Shown: positions 26,498 through 38,585 of the stretch, one piece after another
How positions within the stretch are numbered: position 1 is the stretch's first letter
Layout of the letters: every line of letters starts with the position of its first letter
Assembly: GCF_001194135.2 (NCBI RefSeq)
Contig: NC_068999.1
Span: forward strand, 25,398,461 to 25,462,460
From: Octopus bimaculoides
Taxonomy: Eukaryota
Direction of reading: 5' to 3'
DNA length: 64,000 nt
The notes under the pieces: generated by a model
Database searches by the model: none
What the model was told of the DNA's origin: nothing
The model's input: only the letters and a program-made list of their open reading frames with translations
Position numbers and translations under genes: made by a program

Positions 26498-29073
26498 CTG
26501 TAAAGAAAGAAACATAATTATTGTATAATTGCAAATATTGGTTTTAAATTGATGATATTGTTCTCTATGAGATATATCTAGTATTCTTTTTACTTTTAAA
26601 CCATACTATGTACAATATAAAACAATTCATTTGACTTTCTTTATCATCAAAACATGATCCTTGTTATTTATTTACTTCATTGATTTTGTCAATTTGACAC
26701 AATAAACATACCCCAAAGAGACAAGTCAGTGAAGAAAATACACTATATTGTTATCTTCTTTGCTGTAGATACACTTATTTAAAAAATATATGAGTTAATC
26801 ACATGTGGAATATCTGTGATCATATATTCACTTGACTGGGGCTATGATAAATATTGTTTGAAGGATTCTGTGGTTATACAATGAAATACCTTTTCTTATA
26901 GAAAGCACTGTTAGACTACTATTTTTATGTTGTCTCTGTTGAATAAATTATGAAGTTTGTTATCTTTATGGAAGTGCCTGTTGTTTAAGGAAAGGAATTG
27001 TTTTATATTTCTGGTAACTGGATTACAATGCAGGTAACAGGGAATTACATTTCTGACTTAACTTGATGATGAATTCTGTCTGACTTTAGAATTTAGATTG
27101 TTCTTTTGCCAAATTTAGCCTTTTGTTTTTCTGTATTTAAAGCTTTTATTATGTGATTGCTTTATTGTGTGACTGGTATTGTTTCCTATTTGTTCTACTT
27201 CCACAAATAGACTTGCAATATACAACCAAAGAAAAGATCGCTGTAATTGTTGAAACACTGAATCCTTTCCTTTGAATAATGATTCAAAAGCATGACTGAA
27301 AAAGTATCTCTCTGATGAATCACAGGCATTTCCTTCACCTGCAAATTACTTCCACAGTGCCTTTAGCACTCCTAACTTTGACTCAAAAAATAACTTTTAA
27401 GACTTCTCAGCACTTAAGCATCCTGTCAATAAATGGCAAAAGTGAGAATCATCTTGTCACAATATGGCATAAGATTATAATTACCAACATCCGTAAATTC
27501 ACAAAATTCTTTTAACTGTACAGTTATTTCAGCTGACTTTGCTGAAATGTACATTTTATGCACAACATTTTCAACATAAAACACCAGTATTCCTGCAGTA
27601 AATCCTGTTCTAATGTACAAAATCTAAGCTAGACAAATTAGAGGAATAATGTTCATTTGGCTGATTTTCAAATTTTGATAAACCCTGTGTTTTCTATACA
27701 TTACACTTGTATTGTCAGCAGTGTAGACAGACACTTTATTGAAATCAAAGTGGGAAGAAATCCAAAGACAAAATGTTTTTTTATGCTTTGCATTTCATTC
27801 CCTACCACCATCCTGCTTTCCAATGACAGTGCCATTTCTGCTCTTTTCAGGGCTTCAGGATTTCCCCATGGCCCTGGCTGGGTGGTTAACATGTGTTATG
27901 CCTTGCCAAAAGGCAACCTGTGATTTTGCCTAGGATTGTTTATTGAGTATTCGCAGCTAACCTATATATCTACAGGTCATTCCCCTTCATGGCTTAGTAG
28001 AATTACAATAAGCCAAAACATTAAAAACAATCCATTTCCACCTTGAAAGTGTTAATATGTATAGTGTTTCTTCAGAGGAAAAAAATAACGGATTTTAAAT
28101 TCTAACAATGAGTTGTTCACAAGATAAAAAATTAAATGCTTCAACTGATTGTGCCATGTGGTTTTGTGCTATGTATTTCAGTGTCAACTTTTCTCCATAA
28201 CCAACACTTCTGAATGAGTCTTAATGTTTCATGGCATGGTATATTTTACACAGTTCTACAGCTGTGATTTTGTAATATGGAGTTGAACAAGTAGGTGAGA
28301 AAAATGATGGCAATGGGGACACACCAATAATTCAAGTGTTTAAGATAATCTCTGGCAATGTAACATTCAACTAGTTTTTCCCCTCCCTGCTGATCTCCTC
28401 ATCCCAATACAACATAGTGCACAAACACGTGGATATCTTTTCCTGCTTTGGGCAATAAATTCAAATTCTTTATCTCATTTATGGCTAAGCATAATCTTAT
28501 CTTTTAGCATTCCTTTGGGGGCTTGGAACAAGAACAAAAACTCAACCAGCCTTGGGTATACTTGCTTCACATATGTGACTTGTATATTGAAAGTAGGCAG
28601 TGAATTGTCGTTTTGTTTTTTTAATTTTTTAATTTTAAATACATTACATAATATGCCCTCACTTTTTAATTATATTTTTTTAACTATATATCTTCTTTTA
28701 CTGTTATTATTATAAAGCCAGATGTCTTACCACCCTATATGTCTACTACTGTTGCATGATTTGTCTTGGGCAGAGCCACACCATTCAATAATACCTCAAA
28801 ACAGGGCTGTTTATGTTTGACTGACACAGATCACATAGTAAACAACCCTACACCAATAATAAACAGAGCTAATGTTGACTTGCAGATAGATTATGAAATT
28901 TTATACTACATCTTTTTGGGGGTAACAGTCAGAGCACTAATAACATAATACATCATGAGACATGACACCACCTTGTCTTTTCTTCAAAAACTATGACAGA
29001 ATCTACTGAAGATTGTTGTGCCAAAATTCCTGAATGCTAGCATGGAATTTCAGTATGGAAGTAGCTACAGGTA

Positions 29074-29114
<41 letters not shown>

Positions 29115-30419
29115 CACACATATATATATAAAACAAGAATCTGAAAAATCTTTTGGTACTATTTATTCACTATTTACACATACACATGTTTCATTTGCTA
29201 ATAGAAATCACAAAGTTGTACATGTTGGATAAACGTGTAAGAAATTTCCAATTAGAAATTCTTCAGATAGAGAATCAAACAGTATTATTTATATTATTTG
29301 ATTCTCTGCCTGAAGAATTTATTGCTTTTTTTTACATTCCAACAATATTATACTAATAAATGTTGAGTTAATGATTTGGCTTTTACTCTAACAATTGATT
29401 ACTGAATTACACCAGAATGGACAGAACTTTGTGAGTAACCTGCATACCTGTGTGTGTGAGTGTAAATGCACAAATATAAGGATTTATAGTCATATCTGTT
29501 CAGTCTCAAATCTGAAATTAAGCCCCATTATGTACATGATCCATACTTAATTCTGATGACTTGGTTGAATTAAAATAAAACAAAATATTAAAACAACCTC
29601 CTGCCTGTTTGAAATTACCAATATTTATAGTGTGTCTTCAGTGAAAGAAGCAATGCATTTTGTATTCTAATAATGTTGGCCACATTAAAAAAATATTTCA
29701 ACTGTTTTTGCCATATCTCAACCAAGCATTTGTGTAACTACTTATAATAAACTACAGATGCTATTAATGAGGCACAAGAGCAGAATGTCTTTTTTTTTTT
29801 ATTAAAGGGACAAAAATTCATATTGTTACAAGCTTAAATATTGTTATAAAGAAATCAGTTGTCCTCCATAATCAAGAAGATTAGAGAAAAAAGATAATGA
29901 AAGGAAGAAAAAACTGAAAGGTATTTATCACAAAGCTCTTAAATGTGTAGTCAGTTATGAAAAAAATTCTGAAATTCCTATTTCTTTTGTTATATGTAAC
30001 ATAAGCAGATTGGAAAAAAAAAGATAAAATATAAGAATAAGAAAGAATCTAGGGTGGTTAAGCAATCATCTTTAAGCATTACAAAGTATCTGACCCATCA
30101 AATAGTTATGGACCATTAATTTTTTCGCTTTCTCTTATTAAATCAAATTGGATGGAACCCTTTCATAACCCAGTAAATTAAGAAGTAACAATGTTATGAT
30201 TTCTTGCATATAAGCACACAACTTCAGATCTGTAGATATTGTAATATTGTGATATTGAGGTATTTCTAAAAAGCATTAGCAACTGGAAAACAGAGCAATG
30301 TCATGGATTCAAATTACTTCAGTATTTATAGATAAAGAAATAAAAAAGAATTAATTAATTTGAAGAAAAAGTAATGTAGATTTCAATATGTTGAATTACA
30401 CCTTCTACTCTGTCTAAAT

Positions 30420-30960
30420 AGTTCTAAGAATTACCTACAAAAAGACAATCACTATTAAGTAGGGATAAGCTTTCTGCAAATTCTGATGTACTACAAGGTT
30501 CAACTATTTCTACATTCTTCTTCCTTTGCACTAATACTCTGCTTGCTGTCCTTTTATGAAACCCAAATAAGACTCCTAGATGAGGACAGTATACTGCTGT
30601 ACATGCTAACATCTACATCCACAAGATCATCCAAATAACAGGTAAAGACATGCTGTCTTTTAACTCTGCTTATTCTGTCATTACTACAATGGTTTAATGT
30701 TGTTATTACTGTTTCTCGACACAAGCTAGTTATAAGCTACCTCTACTCAAACCCACCAAACATATTTGGCTCTCCTCCACATATCACTCCTTCTATGTCT
30801 CTCCTATCCCCTAGGTCCTATACTAATCAATTCTTTGGAATTCCTTCTTTCTTTGCTCATGTATTTTCTGCACATGTTCAGACTGAACTACATTAGTCTT
30901 ATAGGGCCTGTGACTGTCTTTCTTCCTGACTACACCAAAAGAAAATCTTAGCATAAATAG
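30420..30960 (-). mobile_element. Heavily decayed LINE RT fragment (RTE-like)
   Basis: Weak remnants of the QFGF-x-PG / CLSP-type RT motifs across frameshifts. Confidence 0.35.
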
Positions 30961-32413
30961 TAGCATTTAATGCAATCATTTCCTTTATTAGTAGTACTAT
31001 CATGTTGCTAAAGACTAGGTGAGGAATTAAATTGTGCCATATCCCAAGAAAAGTTTTCTTTAACCATTTCCTTTAATGCAATTAAATTTAATAAATTAAG
31101 ATGATAATTATTTTGAACATTAATAAGAAGATAATGCCGGTTTGAATGCCTCAGCCAGCCATCTGACACTTGTTATTCAAGCAATTTTTCTTATAAATCT
31201 TTTCTTTGATCAGGGTTTAGATTTCAACTTCATCAGTGACATGGAATAAAACAAAAAATTTAAACTATGAACTTCTTAAGAAAGCTTTCCTGAATTGAAA
31301 GGTAACTCAGAATAACTAACTATAGTCTAGAAGAAATTCATCCAGTTGTCTATTTTATGAAAAAGAGTGCATTAAACGTTTCATAACACCTTTATGCTTG
31401 AGAGGATATGTAGTTCATCTTTGATGGACAATTTGTTGTATGTGACTCAGTGATCCATTAAATTATAATTTAGACCACTAATATAAGCCAACAAATGCAT
31501 AAATGCACACACATTTTATGCATGTATGAGTATATTTTCATATATTTGTACGCATAGCTTGTGAAGTCAGTGTTGCCAGATCAATTTAATAAAAAGTTAA
31601 TGTACAAGTTTAACCCCAAATTGTAGTTTTGCTAGTAAATTAAAGATTACTTGTAGGTTGTTTCTAAGTTACTTAGTTTGTGCTTGTGTGTTCTTTTCTT
31701 TTGATTATTTGAATTCTTCCTCTGAGGAAGGAGCTGGTTTCTAATAAAGTTCCATCATTACAATGTAGATAGCAAAAACAATGTCACATTTTAAACTTGA
31801 GAAAAGTCTTGCATATTTTTACTGTTCCACTTTCAGGTTGTATTTGTAATGTACAAGTTAGTTTCTGAAAACTAGCTTATCCAGATCATCATAAACCAAG
31901 TGCACCAATTATTATTTATAGTCTGTATATAGAAGCTGGAGATTTTGAAGCAGTTGTCCGTAATTATCCTCTTTCTCTTTGATTTCAGAGATATTTACAT
32001 CAGCAGGGCAGCTAACCTCTATAACAGTGCATACTGTTCTTTGTTTGTCTCAAACAACGATATCCAACCTGTTATGATTACACTTGAAATATGTTTTGAT
32101 GACAATGTTCCACCAGTATTCCCTATGTTGATGTTGGTGTATGTATTCAATAACAGAGGAACTCTCTATATTTATTCCAGTGCAGTCTTTTATCCAAACG
32201 GTATTGTATATTGTTTTTGCAACATCATTTCATATCGGAAGTACCTTGATGAAATTTTGGGGCAGCTGCTAATCACATGTGCGATGTCTTCTGGAGAAAA
32301 ATGACATAATCTACATTTTTGGTTGCATCTTGGAGCAGTTCTATATTTAAGAGATGAGGAATTATGTACATTATTTACATTTGACAGATATTTGTCCTCA
32401 TCTTGTTTGTTGT

Positions 32414-32457
32414 TAACACATCTCGGCTGATATACCCTCCAGCCTTCATCAGGTATC
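32414..32457 (-). ncRNA. Degenerate hammerhead motif, copy A (GAAA to GAGA, CGU lost)
   Basis: Minus strand reads gauac CUGAUGA A GGCUG gaggguauau CAGCC GAGA UGUGUU. Confidence 0.55.
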
Positions 32458-32509
32458 TTGGGGAAATTTCGAACCTAGGTTCTCATTCTTAAGGTATTTT
32501 TCGATGTTG

Positions 32510-32551
<42 letters not shown>

Positions 32552-32847
32552 TCACTGAATAATAATAGACAAAGAACACCACTGGAAAATACGAAAACTA
32601 AAAGAAGCAGCACATATGCTAGGATACAACAACCTCCTAAGCAGACTGAGTAGCATATAGGAACCAGTATTATGAAAGGATAGGAAAATATTAGATTTAT
32701 AAGCCCTAAAATTCACTCCATAATTGCCCACGGGCATATGGTGTTGTGGTCAAGAGCGTGGGCTATGACCTGAATAATAATAATAATGATAATAATAACA
32801 TCGAAAAATACCTTAGGAATGAGAGCCCAGGTTCAAAATTTCCCTGA

Positions 32848-32890
32848 GACGCCTGATGAAGGCTGGAGGGTATATCAGCCAAAACGTATT
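32848..32890 (+). ncRNA. Degenerate hammerhead motif, copy B (GAAA to AAAA, helix I 3' strand eroded)
   Basis: Plus strand reads gacgc CUGAUGA A GGCUG gaggguauau CAGCC AAAA CGU A UU. Confidence 0.55.
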
Positions 32891-34033
32891 AACAGCAAAC
32901 AAGATGAGGACAAATATCCGTCAAATGTAAATAATGTGCATCTTCAAGCTCCAAGGGTTTCACTATCTCTTTTGTTTATTAAATATTTCATAGCAATCTC
33001 TTGTTCATGGATTTCAAATGCATAGCCATTGAAGTGTGATGTGATGTAGCAGTCACAAGTCCAAGTAAGGTTGTGCTTCATGTCTTCTTCATGTCTTCAG
33101 GAAAAATACCCATGCATAGTCTATTTTTGTATGCTGAGGATCCCCCCCAGGTCTTCTTTGAGGTATGTTAGTCTGGCTGTTTTAGGGTTGTATGGGAGGT
33201 CATCAGGAAGAGAAAGCTTCCTGAGGAGCTTGCTGCCAACATACTGGATATTGTTCTCTTCACTTTTCAGCACCAAATCAATATATTTATTTTTGCTGTA
33301 ATGAATTGACACATATATATCTTTGTTACTCATTTATATTTTACTTACCTACCCTGGAATCTGCACTTCAGAAGTATTATGGAAAGTATGTTTATATAAA
33401 GTACATGTCTGAACAAACAAGAACGGATTTATTCACTTAGATCATGCTATCTGCATACACTGCAAGAATATCAGCGGGGGAAAAATATTCTGCATAGAGT
33501 TTGATACTCACCGGATATTGCCTGTGTGTGCAAATTAGTTCATCCTAACAAGGTGCCTAAATTTAAGTACCTAATTCAACTGAGTCTAAATCACATTATA
33601 CATATATAGCTAGTTAGCTATTGAATATATGCACCTTGAAGTGCAACATGCAACCAAAGAATGGGCTCAGTAAAGTGCTCTACACTTCACTCATATATTC
33701 AGTGCTGTATGACATGAGGCATCAAACCTTAGGATTGGCCAGTGTACTAAATATGAACCAAGTTTTAGAATAAATAACATACAGGAAACAAAGGTTTATA
33801 GAACATACAGTCCCCTTCTACATTGTCTGACTGGCAACGTTGTTGATAACTTACATAAGAAAAATATATATTGAACTTGTAACACCAGTTATTGCATTTA
33901 TTGCAGGACACTGAAGTGAACTGTATAATTAAATAATATTTCTACAACTGTTATGTAATTTTGACAGTAATTTGCCAAAATGTATGAATATGCTTTAAAG
34001 CATTGAATGCCAAAACTACTTTCAGTATTTTAT

Positions 34034-34065
<32 letters not shown>

Positions 34066-34087
34066 TTGTATGTGTGTATTACTAATG

Positions 34088-34154
<67 letters not shown>

Positions 34155-34264
34155 CATGTACAAAATTACGAAATGATCTACAGCCCATATTTCTCAATCA
34201 ATAGCATGTCTTGTTGACAATTAAAATAAACAAAATTAATAGAAAAATATATTCTGTAACTTAC

Positions 34265-34399
34265 TCTATATCCCTTTGGACCTGTTGCTCCTTTGTCACC
34301 TTCATTACCTAGAACTCCTTGAGTTCCAACAGGGCCATCATTGCCAGGGAATCCCGGGAGACCAGGTGGTCCTTGCAAACCTCGCAAGCCGACATTACC
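34265..34399 (-). CDS. COL4A1: Collagen IV alpha1-like, 135-bp Gly-X-Y exon (GNVGLRGLQGPPGLPGFPGNDGPVGTQGVLGNEGDKGATGPKGYR)
   Basis: 15 perfect Gly-X-Y triplets, acceptor tttctttttag, donor gtaagt, phase 0-0. Joins in frame to the exons at 58557-58610 and 26453-26497. Confidence 0.93.
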
Positions 34400-34710
34400 C
34401 TAAAAAGAAATTCAAAATGAAAGGATTATAAAAGTGTTGTACACAGTAAACATTAAGATGATGGATGTATTTGTTGACTTGATGTCATAGCTGTTCAGAA
34501 AAGACATTTCAAAAAATTTTATTTATAAGGAAATTGTCTGTATGAAGATTTAAAAAGATTCCTATGTACTGTCAATATATTTTAATCTACAATTTCTGGT
34601 AGCAAAATTTTATATATACAGTGCAATAATCTAAGTAATATCAGGGTGGAATAACAACTTATTATTTTTCATCTATATTTTTCATCTACTTATCTACTAT
34701 CTGTGAAAAT

Positions 34711-35352
34711 ATCTGTCTAAATGACATCCTCTCAAATCATCAGTCATATTTCATTAAGCTTATTTATTTTTTCAAGCTTAATTATTTGTATCATTTATCT
34801 TTTATTTGTTTCAGTCATTTGACTGTGGCCATTCTGGGGCACCGCCTTGAAGGATTTTAGTTGAACAAACTAACTTATTTTTTTTAAAGCCTAGTACTTA
34901 TTCTACTCTTTTGCTGAACCACTAAGTTACAGAAACATAAACAAACTAATACCAGTTGTCAAGCAGTGGTGGGGACACAAAGACACGTGCACACACAAAC
35001 ACACACATACACACGTACAAACGTGCGCGCACACACACACACACACACACACGACGGGCTTCTTTCACTTTTTTTCTACCAAATCCACTCACAAGGTTTT
35101 GGTCAGCCCTAGGCTATAGCAGAAGGCACTTGCCCAAGGTGTTATACAATGGGACTGAACCTAGCAATATGTGGTTGGAAAGCAAGCTTCTAACCACACA
35201 GCTATGCCTGCACCTTATATCTAAATTATAAATATCTGGAGATGACAGATGAAACAAATAAAAGATAAATGATTCAAATAATTAAGCTTGAAAAAATAAA
35301 TAAGCTTAATGAAATATGACTGATGATTTAAGAGGATGTCATTTAGACAGAT
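34711..35352. repeat. 103-bp inverted duplication (34711-34813 / 35250-35352; 101/103 identical) enclosing a SINE
   Basis: Base-by-base comparison shows two substitutions. The spacer is 436 bp. Confidence 0.93.
34798..35214 (-). mobile_element. Near full-length tRNA-derived SINE with internal (CA)n
   Basis: Same architecture as 17441-17862. Confidence 0.8.
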
Positions 35353-36144
35353 GCTAAGTGATCTGCATTCTGGCCAGAACTGCTCAATTACACTTCAAGG
35401 TTACAATGAAACAAACTAGCAGCACTAATTTTTATAGAAAAGTAGGCAGCAGGGACCTCTTTCTACACTAAAAATGAGGCCTACCCACCAGAACCAAGCC
35501 CACAAGAAGGAAATGAAATTTTCTGGATAAGTAACAAATGCGGTGAGGCAGTAGATAGATCCATCAATACCAAGCAATTTCAACTGGTTCTTCCGAACAA
35601 AAACTATCCACCATATTTTGACAAAATAATCTGCAATAAAAGTGCTTCCTATATGAGGAGCACTATTCAAAAACAGCTTAACCACATTAAGGAACAGATC
35701 CACACAAACACATCAGTTAAGAGACATTTGAAGAAATTCCACACCTAAAGAATCACAATTGCTATTTAGGCTGTCCACATTAGTAAACTGAATCCAACCA
35801 TTAATATGAGATGCAAGTGCATGAAGTAAAATGGTCTATTATAACAATGCCAGACTGTGCATGTCGTAACCCTCTCTCACAAAACAGTAACATATACACA
35901 CACTCACACACACAGAACCACAGAATGTTTAGATGTGTGTGTGTGCATACTATTTAGTTTTCTCTCCTCAAATTTTGAGTTAAGAATCTAGTACTGGTAT
36001 GCACTATACCAGTAATATATACATAGACATTCAGAATTTGATGAAGCAATATCCATGTAAGGGATTGTTAAAAACAATCCTGATGCCAACTGGGTTTAAC
36101 CAGATATATTGATAAGAAGATCATCAATATATGTGTGTATGAAC

Positions 36145-37133
36145 AGTCTCATAAAATTAAAAAGGCAATAAAAGAAAATGGAGAAGAAACATTTTTAAAT
36201 ATGCTTGGATCGTTTTATTTGTATTACAATTGGAAAAGTTTAAAAGGAACCGCCTCAACCAACAAAATAACCCAAAAATATCAAAAAAAAAGAAAGAAGA
36301 TATTCTTCATACATATATATGTTTTGAGAGAACAATATTTAAGAATCATCAATAATTTTAACTTTAAAAGATGCAATAATCTGTATATTGTTAGAACTCT
36401 TCAGGAAAATTAAGTTTATTTTAGTCTTGAATTACGAAATGACTTATTTGACTTATTGAATACAATGTTTAGATATTTTCAAATGTAAACAAACTTACTT
36501 TAAAAGACCAATAGTTCATGTGCTTAGAAATTTATCATTTAAAATTTAGCTAATATTGAACAATAAAATGCTACTAAAACATCAAATCCGTTTGAAAAGA
36601 AATCCACACTTACCTATCACACATACTATATTATATTTATATTCACATTTACACCTATAAAGGTCAATGCGATGGAGGTGGCAAAAGGATGCCCATAACC
36701 CTTCGTGAGTGGTGCAATATATGAAAAAACTACTCTAGGGTCAAGTAAATAAATAAAGATTTGAAAATATCTAAACATTGTCCTCAACTAAGTCAAGTAA
36801 GATATTTCGTAACTCAAGATTAAAATACACTTATTTTTCCTGAAGAGATCTAACAATATACAGATTATTGCATCATTTAAAGTTATAATTATTGATGATT
36901 CTTAAATATTGTTGTATTGAAACATATATATGTATGTAGAATATCTTATTATTTTTTTATATTTTAGGGTTATTTTGTTGGTTGAGGAGGTTCCTTTTAT
37001 ACTCTTATAGGTATATTTTTTCATCTTTTAATTTGCATTACTTTTCCAATTGTAATACAAATACAACGAATCAAGCATCTTTTTAATTTTTCTTCTCCAT
37101 TTCCTTTTAAAGACTTTTTAATTTTACGAGACT
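36145..37133. mobile_element. ~1-kb fold-back element with long imperfect inverted arms (36145-36484 / 36759-37133)
   Basis: The arms align end to end at roughly 85-90% by eye, with one ~40-bp indel and a 274-bp non-coding spacer. No TSD or transposase recognised. Confidence 0.8.
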
Positions 37134-37671
37134 ACATATATATATATATATATATAATCACCAAAAACATAGATTTTATTTTAGTCGAGTAAACATTGCT
37201 GACAAAACACTTCTGAACTTCATTAAAAGTTAATCATATTAATTTTTACTGAATAGGCAATTTTACCAGATTTAAACTAAGAAATGAAAACAGCAATTAA
37301 ATATTTTAAAGGAGAGCAAAATATGGGATTGTTAAAAACCAAATTCTGCTTTGAAATGCTATAATACTGAGAATCAAGAGTAGCAGCCAGGCAGAACATT
37401 TATTGCCAGTTATGCTGGTTTTCAGAGAAGACAGAGAAGCAAGATATAACTGAGTAAGGAAGGTGTTGATACTGATTTGCGAGGTATTCACCAAGAAGAC
37501 AGATCGTTATTAATGTCCAGCTCTTATTTCACTAATAATATTTCAACTGTGGTGAAAACGTGCATTTTTTAATGGAAGGGAATCCTGACCTCTTTCTCAT
37601 ATAACCATAAAATTCCTTCTATTAAGGCATTCATGGGTACCAATACTTGACAGCTATACGATGGCCTCCTA

Positions 37672-37725
<54 letters not shown>

Positions 37726-37831
37726 CCAGGTGTGTATGTATGTATGTAGGTAAGTAGGTAGTGAGGTAGAGAGAAGAGATCACAGATATATAGTTGGAAG
37801 TTGGGGAGTGATGTATAGATGGATGGAAGGT

Positions 37832-37864
<33 letters not shown>

Positions 37865-38454
37865 CACGAGAGAGAGAGAGAGGGAGAGAATAGTGAGAGG
37901 TTTACAGATGGCTGGAGAGGGTGAGAGGCATATAGGTAACGAGGGATATTACTTTTATCCAATTATGTGTGGTCTTGTGTGATTAGGCTTATAGCAATGT
38001 CACAAAATAATATAATAGCAGAGTTTCAGACTAGGAGCCCAATACCTCATGGGAAAGAGAAAAATTACAGATGTTAGGGATGAACAAAAATGTTTAAAAA
38101 ATCTGAATTTGAAAAACAGCTTCTACAGAATTGTAATGTCTGTTCTCTGAAACATATGAATACTTTAAAAAAAAAAAAAAAGACAAAAAACTACCCATTG
38201 TAGTTTTCCATGAGGTATGGGTTCTCTAATTCGAAATTCTACCAACGTTTCACCATGACAATAATCAAGTAACAAATAACTGCAGACTTGAAGACTTATG
38301 AGTTCAAAAATTCTTCACACAACCTGCTGTTTTGCCTTGTGTTGTCATTGATAGATAGAGAAATTCATAGACAGTTTATTTATCTTAATACCTCTTACCC
38401 ACACTATGTATCCAAGGAATGAGAACTATAGGGGTAAATAAACTCATTCTCGCT

Positions 38455-38585
38455 CTCTTTCTCTCTCTCTCTCTCTCTTTTTCTCTCTCTCTCTCTCTCT
38501 CAGTCTCTCTCTCTCTTTTTCTCTCTCTCTCTCTCTCTATCTCTCTCTCACTCTCTCTCTCTCTCACTCTCTCTCTCTCTCTCAG
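38455..38585. repeat. (CT)n compound microsatellite
   Basis: Direct reading; source of the poly-ER ORF. Confidence 0.95.

Larger units (their letters stand above)
32332..32936 (+). mobile_element. 5'-truncated Penelope (Poseidon-type) insertion with an inverted terminal-repeat copy and 8-bp TSD (TGCATCTT)
   Basis: TGCATCTT at 32324-32331 and 32937-32944. The body encodes the endonuclease tail IIDKEHHWKIRKLKEAAHMLGYNNLLSR. 32369-32545 is the reverse complement of ~32765-32936. Confidence 0.8.
31880..33330 (-). mobile_element. RLE-type (R4-like) non-LTR retrotransposon C-terminus, split by a PLE insertion
   Basis: Read across stops and frameshifts: MHGYF...TSHFNGYAFEIHEQEIAMKYLINKR (33000-33120), then CRLCHFSPEDIAHVISSC zinc knuckle and NRLDIVV...IEVSCPADVN endonuclease motif (31930-32320). 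The two halves rejoin across 32332-32936. Confidence 0.75.

Noticed and set aside
31715-31760. CUGAGGA-A-GGAGCU...AGUUCC hammerhead-like start
   Set aside because: The GAAA box and helices I and III are absent.
33512-33521. Possible 10-nt micro-exon cag|GCAATATCCG|gtgagt on the minus strand
   Set aside because: It would shift the frame, has no polypyrimidine tract, and the flanking collagen exons already join without a gap.
38028-38240. Weak ~25-bp inverted match (cccaatacctcatggg / ccatgaggtatggg)
   Set aside because: It is too short and degenerate to call a MITE with confidence, and there is no TSD.
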